Below, piece after piece: positions 18,004 through 25,293 of a stretch of 25,293 bases of DNA. The DNA lies in contig JBCCQY010000140.1 of NCBI GenBank assembly GCA_039208735.1, positions 1-25,293 on the forward strand, in the 5' to 3' direction. Numbering within the stretch: position 1 is the stretch's first letter; every line of letters starts with the position of its first letter. Source of the stretch: Myxococcota bacterium (GTDB taxonomy: Bacteria > Myxococcota_A > UBA796 > GCA-2862545). Under the pieces are notes generated by a model that was not told where the DNA came from, did no database searches, and saw only the letters and a list, made by a program, of their open reading frames with translations. A program made the position numbers and the translations under genes.

Positions 18004-20505
18004 ATGGACAGCACCCGCCTGATCGATCAGCTGATCCGAACCTCGTTCCCCCATCCCGTTGCCGCAACGTGGCATCGGGTGTCGTTGGTGACGTCCGATG
18101 CTGATCGCATCGATCGCCTGTTTGGAAGCCTTGAAGTCGTCATTCGACTGTTGGCGGCGTTTCTCCTTCCCGACTACCTGCGAGGGCCCGCCGACGAAGC
18201 GGTTGAACGCGCCCTTGCCAACCTCGAACGACCCTCGATGGGACACTGGGTCCAGCTGCTCCGGGCGCTGGTGAAGGCGCTCGCCAATCGTCGATTGTCG
18301 CCGTTCATGCCTGAGGTCGTGCCTTGGTACCTGACCAAGGGCCGCCCGAGCGACGTCGCCAAGCAGATCGACGAGTTGGTCCAGCTGCGCAACGAGCACG
18401 TGCATGGGCATCGCCTGGCCGCTGGAGAGCAAGAAGCTCGGGTCAACCACGTCATCGAGACACTGCGCACGGTTCTCGGGAAACTCGACTTTCTGGCTGG
18501 TTACCGACCGTTTCGCGTGATGACCAGCGAGCTGTCACGAAAGGGCGGCTTCGACGGCCGCGTCCAGTTCCTCACCGGGGTCGCCGCCCAGGCGGAACCG
18601 GTTCGAGCGCATTGGGAGTCCCAGCTGCTGGCGGATTGTGTCTACCTGGCTAAGCCCGACGGCTCGGCGGTCCTCGAGGTTTCACCATTCGTACAGGTGG
18701 TCCACGATGCGGGCCCTCGTGAAGATCGCGTGTTCATCGTGGCCGCGACCAAGAAGCACAAGAAGCTGCTGCTGAAGAACGACGTGACCGGAGGCGAAGT
18801 CTCTCGCCTGGTGGCCTCGGTCGACGGCGACATTGCGCTCGACCGCTGGCTCGAGCGTCGCCCCAAGGCCGAACTCCACAAAGACCATCCCAACGCCTCA
18901 CGGGAATTCCGGTCGGATGCCTTTCGCACGGGAGGGGCCGAGCTGCTCGGCGATCGGTTCGAGGTTCGAGGCCGCCTTGGTGAGGGCGGCATGGCGACCG
19001 TGTTTCACGTTTGGGACCAGTGGGACGAAGAAGAATTCGCACTCAAGGTGCTCCACCAACGGCTGTCGGACGATGCGCTGTTCCGCGAACGGTTCACGCG
19101 TGAAGCCCGCACGATGAAACGGCTGCACCATCCCCACATCATTCGGGTCCATGAAACTGCCCAAATCGATGACGGACGACTGTACCTGAAGATGCCGCTC
19201 ATCACCGGCGGCACCTTGCAAAACCGCGTCGATGCCGGACGGTCGCCCGTCGAGTTCGTGCGGCGGTGGGGCCTGCAGATGCTGTCGGCACTGGCCTACC
19301 TGCACGAAAAAGGCATCGTGCATCGCGACGTCAAGCCGTCCAACTTCCTCGTCGACGACCAAGAGAACGTCTACCTGACCGACTTTGGCATTGCCGTTCA
19401 GGACGATGATGTCCGACTCACCCGCACGTTGGAGCAAATGGGCTCCATGGCCTACATGTCGCCGGAGCAGCGACGGGGTGGTGACGTAGGCCCTCCGACC
19501 GATGTCTACAGCCTAGGGGTGGTGCTCCACGAACTCATCACCGGTAAGGCGGGCACGCATCCTCCAGGGCGCGGCATCGGGGGCGCCCTCGGTGCGCTGG
19601 TGCGGGCACTGGCGGTGGAAGATCCCGAAGAACGGCTCACCGCCAACGATGCGCAAGAGCGGCTCGGACGCATCCAACCCCCCGGCAAGCCACCCAAGCT
19701 CGTTCCTCCGCGACGCCCCACCGAAGTCCCCGACGTGGAGCCCGCGGAACTCCCCGAGATCGAAACGCTGCCTGTGCCTCCAGGACAATTCGAGATGGCC
19801 CCGGGGCGAACGGCCGAGTGCACGGTGCCCTTCGTGGTGACTCCACGGGTTTCGCGGTTGCTGTGGCACCGCGTGATGGACCTGCCCGACCCTCTCATCA
19901 CCCAAGAAGGCATCGATGAGGTGACGTGGTTGCAGGCGGTGGAGTTCTGCAATGCGCTGTCGCGGCGGCTCGATCTCATCGCACCCTACGCGTTGTCCGA
20001 TCTGCGACCCAAGAAGGCCTACACCATCGACGACATCGGCCGCATGCTCCTCCGCGTGCTCCCTGTGAAACGCCGTGACGCGGTGCTGGCCCAGTTTGGC
20101 ACCGAGGCCCTGCATGTCATGCAGTTCGAGCCCCAGCGGCTTGCCGAGGTCACGGGCATCGGCGTCAAGACCGCGGAGCGCTATGCCGCGCAATGGCCGC
20201 GGGATGCGTACTTTGTGCGCGACGTGGGGTGGGATCGCACCGCCGATGGGTTCCGGCTTCCCACCGAGGCCGAGTGGGTGCATGCGGTGCCCGAACCCGA
20301 ACCCGACGTCGATGACTGGGTCTGGGACGCAGACCCGGGACCCGCGGTGCAGAACGTGCCCACGCCACTTCCCGAAGGCCATGCCGTGGACCCGACTCGA
20401 GACGACGGGGTGCTCCGCATCGTACGGTCCCAAAAGGGCCGGGCCGTCCTCAAGCTCGATGGCCGACGGACCGGCTTAGGGTTCCGCGTCGTCCGCAATG
20501 CCTGA
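18004..20505 (+). CDS. Multidomain Hanks-type Ser/Thr kinase: HEPN-like N-domain, kinase, FGE/SUMF1-like domain with HhH insert
   Basis: LGEGGMATV, ALKVL, HRDVKPSN, TDFG, GSMAYMSPE, DVYSLG; FGE-like VTWLQAVEFCNALS, GFRLPTEAEW, DWVWD, LGFRVVR; LRNEHVHG; EVTGIGVKTAER. ATG 18004 preferred to TTG 17977. Confidence 0.9.
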   Translation: MDSTRLIDQLIRTSFPHPVAATWHRVSLVTSDADRIDRLFGSLEVVIRLLAAFLLPDYLRGPADEAVERALANLERPSMGHWVQLLRALVKALANRRLSPFMPEVVPWYLTKGRPSDVAKQIDELVQLRNEHVHGHRLAAGEQEARVNHVIETLRTVLGKLDFLAGYRPFRVMTSELSRKGGFDGRVQFLTGVAAQAEPVRAHWESQLLADCVYLAKPDGSAVLEVSPFVQVVHDAGPREDRVFIVAATKKHKKLLLKNDVTGGEVSRLVASVDGDIALDRWLERRPKAELHKDHPNASREFRSDAFRTGGAELLGDRFEVRGRLGEGGMATVFHVWDQWDEEEFALKVLHQRLSDDALFRERFTREARTMKRLHHPHIIRVHETAQIDDGRLYLKMPLITGGTLQNRVDAGRSPVEFVRRWGLQMLSALAYLHEKGIVHRDVKPSNFLVDDQENVYLTDFGIAVQDDDVRLTRTLEQMGSMAYMSPEQRRGGDVGPPTDVYSLGVVLHELITGKAGTHPPGRGIGGALGALVRALAVEDPEERLTANDAQERLGRIQPPGKPPKLVPPRRPTEVPDVEPAELPEIETLPVPPGQFEMAPGRTAECTVPFVVTPRVSRLLWHRVMDLPDPLITQEGIDEVTWLQAVEFCNALSRRLDLIAPYALSDLRPKKAYTIDDIGRMLLRVLPVKRRDAVLAQFGTEALHVMQFEPQRLAEVTGIGVKTAERYAAQWPRDAYFVRDVGWDRTADGFRLPTEAEWVHAVPEPEPDVDDWVWDADPGPAVQNVPTPLPEGHAVDPTRDDGVLRIVRSQKGRAVLKLDGRRTGLGFRVVRNA

Positions 20506-21384
20506 ACGGTCCGGCGACGCAAGGACCCGCGCCAGTTCCTCGACGACCCCGCCCACACCAAGGATGAGCAGACGGCTCACCAGGCTGTGGTCGACCGCAT
20601 GGGGCTGGGCCTGGAAGGTCGCCGCCGCCTCGGCCATGGCTGCTGCATCGTCGCGATGGGGCGCCATCGCCTCGAGCAACCCACTGTAGTAGTCCCGCAT
20701 CACCAGACGTTCGTGCTCAGGGTCGTACCACCACCGGGGGGGCACCCGGCCTTGGCCAAAGTAGTCCTCCGCCTCATCCCAGTTGAACGCGGCCATCAGG
20801 GCGTCGCTGCAGCGCGCTGCGTGGACGGCCGACCGATACAACCCCTCGGCCGAAGGCTCGGGGAGTTCAACCTCAGGAGCCAGACTACGGGCATCCGCGT
20901 AGATCGCGATGCCGATGGCATGGATCACAAGATCTTGCCCGTCGCGTAGCTCGGACGCGATCCGACCGGCCAGGTCCACCTCTCCCACATCCATGAGGCG
21001 CCGGGACGCTTCAAGCCAGTCGAACGGCGAAATGTAGAACTCCGCCCCGACTTCATGCGGAACTGCGGTGCAACCGTAATGTGGGACGGCGGCTCCCTCT
21101 GCGAGCACCTCGATCAGGCGGGCGAGATCGGCGTCGGGTACGGGCTCATGCGCAGGTTTTCCATCGAGCGCCGCCATCGCCGCGGCGAGCTGGGGCGCCG
21201 CGGGCTGGGGCGTCGTAGCGCCCTGCACGCTCCCGACCGCCGCCGTCCAGCGAGCGTGGACCTCCTCATCGGTCCGGTCGAGCGCCGGGGGGCGAGGCCA
21301 GATGGCATCGAAGACCTGAAACGCCGCAACGACGAACAGCGCCAGTCCAATGCCCACTCCGATCGCCACCACACGCCACTGCAT
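20476..21384 (-). CDS. Hypothetical protein with N-terminal membrane anchor
   Basis: MQWRVVAIGVGIGLALFVVAAF TM/signal after GGGGGA; helical Ala-rich body; overlaps the convergent kinase end by 30 bp. ATG 21429 is an alternative start. Confidence 0.7.
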   Translation of the reverse strand: MQWRVVAIGVGIGLALFVVAAFQVFDAIWPRPPALDRTDEEVHARWTAAVGSVQGATTPQPAAPQLAAAMAALDGKPAHEPVPDADLARLIEVLAEGAAVPHYGCTAVPHEVGAEFYISPFDWLEASRRLMDVGEVDLAGRIASELRDGQDLVIHAIGIAIYADARSLAPEVELPEPSAEGLYRSAVHAARCSDALMAAFNWDEAEDYFGQGRVPPRWWYDPEHERLVMRDYYSGLLEAMAPHRDDAAAMAEAAATFQAQPHAVDHSLVSRLLILGVGGVVEELARVLASPDRSGIADDAEP

Positions 21385-21447
21385 CGATCCCCCATGGAAT
21401 CCCGGCTTCGCTCGCGGTATCTTCGGCACTCCCTCTCGAGGAGGCCC

Positions 21448-22458
21448 GTGCCGGACTGCTCACGCCGTAACCAACTCCTCGCCGCCCTACGGCGCAACCG
21501 CAACGACCCCCAGCCCTACCATGTCTATGCCGACTGGCTCTCCGAGGTCGGAGACCCCCACGGCGCCCTCATCGCAAGTCAACTCCACCAAGGCGACACG
21601 ATCGACGGGGTGAACCTCATTCCTGCGGATCGCGCGTGGTTGGCCCACCATGCTCCGTCCATCCTGGGGCGGTTCGGATGGTGGCTCGACGGCCAACACG
21701 ACCGCTCGGGCCGTGCGCTGCGATGGCGATGGGGATTTCTCGCCTCCGTGACCATCAGTGCCCGCTTTCAGCCGATCGACGCCATCGTTGATGCTGCACT
21801 AGCAAGTCCGGCCGCGGCCGTGTTGGACACCCTGACGATCGGGGCCCAAGGTGCGGCCAGCCCACCGATCTTGGATGCGCTCTGCCAAACCCCGATCCCA
21901 CTACTAACCATGCGATTTGGCGAGCTTGGCGATCCGGACGACCCCGCTTGGCGTAGGTTTCTAGGCCGTACCGATTGGCCGTTGCACACGCTTTCCGTCG
22001 GTGGCGGCTTTACCACCTCGCCAAGTGGCGCCCGCTTCATCGAACGTCTCGCCGAATCCACCTTGCTGCGCCAGCTTCGGGTGGTTCGCCTGCCGGGCCA
22101 CTTTCATCAGGCCACGCTGTTTTCAGGCGCGCTTGAAACCCACGCCGAGGCGTTTGCCCATCTCGACCAGTTGCAGCTCTACTGTTGGCCCGGACGCGAG
22201 TCGGTCCTCGAAGACCTGGCCGCTCGGCTCGGCAACATCGTGTGGCAGCGCGATCCGAACGTCTTTTTGCCGGTGACCGTCCGCGACCATCGCCACTTCG
22301 ATCCTCCGGTGGTCTGTCCCGAATGTACGACCTCGTTGAACCGCGCCTCACTCGAGAACGAACGGCTCATCTGCACCGCATGCGGCCGGTCGTTTCTCCC
22401 TCCGGTGACCTCAGGCGTGGGCCACCCCGGTCCGCCCGCGGCCCTTACGAGACCTTGA
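21448..22458 (+). CDS. TIGR02996 domain protein with LRR-like body and C-terminal zinc ribbon
   Basis: GAGGAGG RBS then GTG 21448; LLAALRRNRNDPQPYHVYADWLSEVGDPHGALIASQL; WRWGFL; LHTLSV, LRQLRVVRL, FAHLDQLQL; CPEC...CTAC. Confidence 0.85.
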   Translation: MPDCSRRNQLLAALRRNRNDPQPYHVYADWLSEVGDPHGALIASQLHQGDTIDGVNLIPADRAWLAHHAPSILGRFGWWLDGQHDRSGRALRWRWGFLASVTISARFQPIDAIVDAALASPAAAVLDTLTIGAQGAASPPILDALCQTPIPLLTMRFGELGDPDDPAWRRFLGRTDWPLHTLSVGGGFTTSPSGARFIERLAESTLLRQLRVVRLPGHFHQATLFSGALETHAEAFAHLDQLQLYCWPGRESVLEDLAARLGNIVWQRDPNVFLPVTVRDHRHFDPPVVCPECTTSLNRASLENERLICTACGRSFLPPVTSGVGHPGPPAALTRP

Positions 22459-22945
22459 TGAAGGGCTTGAGCAACTCGACGATGCGCCGAGGCAGAAACT
22501 CAATGGCCGCCTCGCTCACATCGAGCACATGCTGAAGCGTCGCGAGCAATCGGTCGTCGCCCACCCAGTGGCGTCCAATCGCCTTGCGAACGGCCTCATC
22601 TTCGATGTCGAGGGCGTGACGGAGGGCCAAGGTCAGCACGACCAAGTCGTCAAACCAGCCAAACACGGGAATCGCGTCGGGGATGAGGTCGAGAGGCGAA
22701 ATGGCATAAGCCAAACCCGCGATCAATGCCCCCTTCCGACCCGCGGGAAACGCACTGTCGAAGACGAGCTTGACGGTGAGGTGGAAGAGATCGGGAAGAA
22801 ACAACAGTCCCTTCAGCAATCGCGAGGCGACCGAATCTGGGTTCGAAAAATGGGCCGTTTGCTTATCGAGCCTCCGCCGAAGGGCTTCGTAGAAGTCCTC
22901 ATACACGTCGATAGGCTGTAGCGAGTACTCGGGTTCGTCGGCCAC
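22445..22945 (-). CDS. YkvA / DUF1232 family membrane protein
   Basis: LAYAISPLDLIPDAIPVFGWFDDLVVL signature; GGAGGAGG upstream of GTG 22945. Confidence 0.9.
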   Translation of the reverse strand: MADEPEYSLQPIDVYEDFYEALRRRLDKQTAHFSNPDSVASRLLKGLLFLPDLFHLTVKLVFDSAFPAGRKGALIAGLAYAISPLDLIPDAIPVFGWFDDLVVLTLALRHALDIEDEAVRKAIGRHWVGDDRLLATLQHVLDVSEAAIEFLPRRIVELLKPFIKVS

Positions 22946-23067
22946 GTCCGCTGCCTCCTCCTTGCCCTCGTAACGTGGGCTGTGCAGGCCAGGAGGTAGA
23001 CCATACGGCGCTTTAGGGAGGGTCGGTGGTTCAGTCGAGCTTGGGGGTGGCCCACAATCCGTCACGC

Positions 23068-23991
23068 ATGGCGTTGGTTCGGCTCGCCAACGCGCTGTGG
23101 CGTCAGTCCTCGCGAACCCTGGCCGACTGCCCCGAGCGGCCACGGCTCGATGATCAGGTGGCGTTGGTGACCGGCGCGAATTCGGGCATCGGACGGACCA
23201 CCGCCGAAGGATTGCTCGTCCGGGGGGCCGAGGTCGTGCTGGCCTGTCGGGATCCCGAACGAATGCACGCAACCCTCGCGGAACTTCGCCAGCGGCATCC
23301 GGAGGCTGCAGATCGGCTCCATCCGCTGGCTCTGGACCTCTCTGACCTCAACAAGGTTTCCGCCGCAGCCGACGTTTTGCGCGAACTGCTGGGCTCGCGA
23401 CGCCTCGATATTCTGGTCGCCAATGCGGGCCTCTGGCCGCTTACGTACGGCGAATCTGCCCAAGGCCATGAAATCGCGTTTGCCGTGAACCTACTTGGTC
23501 ACCACCTTTTCGTGCGGCGATTGCTTGACGATGGCCGCCTCACGGGCCGGCTGGTCTGGGTCACTGGCGACATCTACATCCTTTCTCGCCGTTGCACCCC
23601 TGACTATCGCTATCGCGGCGCATGGGGGGGCCAACTCGCCTACAGTCGAAGCAAGCTTGGCGTGTTGTGGATGGCCGGGCAGCTTCGAGAGCGATACCGC
23701 AATCTGGCTATTTACACGGTTCATCCTGGTGTCGTCGACACGAACCTGGTGCGGCTCAACCACCCGCTCGTCGATCAGGTCAAGCAGTCGCTGTTCATCG
23801 GTGCCGCAAAGGGAGCCCAGACCTCGCTGATCTGTGCGACGCAGCCCGAGCCCCCCGGCTACTACCACAACACCTTAGGGCGCGTAGAGCTGCATCCTCA
23901 CGACCCCGCCCGCAACCTCGCGGCGGCCCAAGAACTCTGGATGACCTGCGAGCAGCTCTGCGCTCCGTGGTTGGATGCGGTCGACGAATAG
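23068..23991 (+). CDS. Short-chain dehydrogenase/reductase, WWOX/retinol dehydrogenase-like
   Basis: ALVTGANSGIG, LDLSDL, LVANAG, NLLGH, YSRSK, HPGVVDTNL, KGAQTSL; start approximate. Confidence 0.9.
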   Translation: MALVRLANALWRQSSRTLADCPERPRLDDQVALVTGANSGIGRTTAEGLLVRGAEVVLACRDPERMHATLAELRQRHPEAADRLHPLALDLSDLNKVSAAADVLRELLGSRRLDILVANAGLWPLTYGESAQGHEIAFAVNLLGHHLFVRRLLDDGRLTGRLVWVTGDIYILSRRCTPDYRYRGAWGGQLAYSRSKLGVLWMAGQLRERYRNLAIYTVHPGVVDTNLVRLNHPLVDQVKQSLFIGAAKGAQTSLICATQPEPPGYYHNTLGRVELHPHDPARNLAAAQELWMTCEQLCAPWLDAVDE

Positions 23992-23993
23992 CG

Positions 23994-25151
23994 TCAGTCT
24001 GACCCGGGCAGGAACTGGATGCGAAGCACCTTCTGGTCTGTTTCGGCTTCCCAAACGATCTCACCCTTAGGGGTCACTTCCCAAAGCTGGCCGACCGCGC
24101 TGAATGCGATGAGCCGATTGCCTCCGGGGAGGCGAACCACGTCGCCTCGGGCGCCAAAGAAGCGCCCCAGCGGGTCACGGTAGGACCACACTTCTTCGTA
24201 GGTGAGCGCCTCCACATCGATCGCGTACTCCACGATGCGCGTGATCGGATCGAGTTCGTGGCCTCCGTTGTCGAACACGATCAGCCCATCCGCCCAGGCC
24301 TCACTGAAGTGGCCGTGACGGGGCGGCTGAGCCCCATTCAACGGCGTGAGACGATTCGGCACAGCAATCGCCCGAGGATTCCCGAACCCCCCGAGCCCCC
24401 CCGGAGGGGCCCCCAACCACCACTGCACCTTGCCGTCGAGTCCCACTCGGGCGACCGCGTCAAAGTGGCGGAGTCCTAGGGTCAGGCTCTGCGTCGCTTC
24501 GTCGAAAACCAGGCTGTTGGCATGCGTCCAGTCCAACGCCCCCTTCACAAAATTGCGCGCCCCCATATGGCTGCACGACCAAAAGGGCTCGACCCCCAAG
24601 GTGCCCAAAAGATCGATCAGGACCTCATTGTCGGGGCCTTCCATGCGCACGACGTCCACCGCAAGGGGCCATTTGGTGCCAAACCACTTGTCGGGCAACC
24701 GGTTGCGCGAGAGGTAGGCGATGCGCCCATCTTCAAGCTCCACATGGTCGTGGTGGTGGTCGAAACCGCTGGTCCGGGAAAGCTCCTTGCCCGTCTCGAG
24801 CTCGAGGCGAGCGAAGAAGGCGTCGAGTTCTCGATTGTCAGGTGGACGGAGGCCCACCGTGATCGTCTCCCCATCGCGACCCAATCGGGAACGGATGAGC
24901 CGTAGACCTGGATCAGGCTCCCACCAAAACACCTGCTCGGCGCTTCCGTTGATGATGGTCGTGAAGGACGTCGTGCTTTGGTCATCGATTTGGGTCAGCA
25001 AGAGCCGCCCGTTCATCATCTCGGAGAGGCCTGGATCGACCGAAATCAGTCGAAACGGGGCCAATTCGGCGGGACGGCAGGCCGGATCGAGCGATGGACA
25101 CAGTTCCCCCCCTGTACAGCCCACCAATCCAAGACCAAGCACCAAGCGCAT
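23994..25151 (-). CDS. Arylsulfotransferase (ASST)-like beta-propeller lipoprotein
   Basis: Lipobox-like LGLVGC; HHHD, DWTHANSL...LR, HGH, IVFDNG, RIVEY.ID, RLPGGNRLI, EVTPKGEIVWE; GGAGG RBS. Confidence 0.82.
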   Translation of the reverse strand: MRLVLGLGLVGCTGGELCPSLDPACRPAELAPFRLISVDPGLSEMMNGRLLLTQIDDQSTTSFTTIINGSAEQVFWWEPDPGLRLIRSRLGRDGETITVGLRPPDNRELDAFFARLELETGKELSRTSGFDHHHDHVELEDGRIAYLSRNRLPDKWFGTKWPLAVDVVRMEGPDNEVLIDLLGTLGVEPFWSCSHMGARNFVKGALDWTHANSLVFDEATQSLTLGLRHFDAVARVGLDGKVQWWLGAPPGGLGGFGNPRAIAVPNRLTPLNGAQPPRHGHFSEAWADGLIVFDNGGHELDPITRIVEYAIDVEALTYEEVWSYRDPLGRFFGARGDVVRLPGGNRLIAFSAVGQLWEVTPKGEIVWEAETDQKVLRIQFLPGSD

Positions 25152-25293
25152 GAGCGACCTCCGAACAATTTAACATCTCTTTGAATACCGACAAAGCCTA
25201 CTTTCTGACCTTCTCAGTGGATTGGAAGTTAACTGACCCCACCAAGTTGAGGTATCTTCTTGCTTACCTTCTGTGGTTTGCCAGAACCTTTCC

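Noticed and set aside
21055..21447. N-terminal 131 aa of the 467-aa ORF
   Set aside because: Overlaps the divergent gene; a strong RBS and the TIGR02996 domain start at GTG 21448.
22946..23272. N-terminal extension of the YkvA ORF
   Set aside because: Overlaps the divergent SDR; RBS supports GTG 22945.
2094..23991. The two SDR genes as a recent duplication or element boundary
   Set aside because: They share only family motifs and appear highly divergent; no flanking repeats seen.
19770..25151. Sulfatase-maturation pathway linking the FGE-like domain and the ASST-like gene
   Set aside because: The FGE-like domain lacks the catalytic Cys pair region and is kinase-fused; ASST enzymes do not need formylglycine.

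Overview
GC-rich (visually ~65%) bacterial window of about 22 tightly packed genes. TIGR02996 domain, Hanks kinase-FGE fusion and Cys-rich exported proteins suggest Myxococcota or a relative (inference). Housekeeping genes: typA/bipA, fbaB, a TIGR01777 oxidoreductase, ppa, PolX/PHP, a rhodanese, two WWOX/RDH-like SDRs, YkvA/DUF1232 and an arylsulfotransferase-like lipoprotein. The best candidate for an undescribed system is 13252-20505. There an orphan Rad50/SbcC-type ATPase (zinc hook, no SbcD/Mre11 in the window) overlaps a 959-aa unknown protein with about four C-terminal TM helices. Divergent from them is a Ser/Thr kinase with an N-terminal HEPN-like RNxxxH domain and an FGE-like domain interrupted by a RecD2-like helix-hairpin-helix module. 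A second unusual operon (3004-5633, minus strand) encodes a J-like/TerB-like/degenerate methyltransferase fusion, a secreted protein with five 31-aa Cys repeats and a small Cys-rich lipoprotein. No rRNA, tRNA, CRISPR array or transposase was recognised. All family calls come from motif recognition by eye, without database searches.
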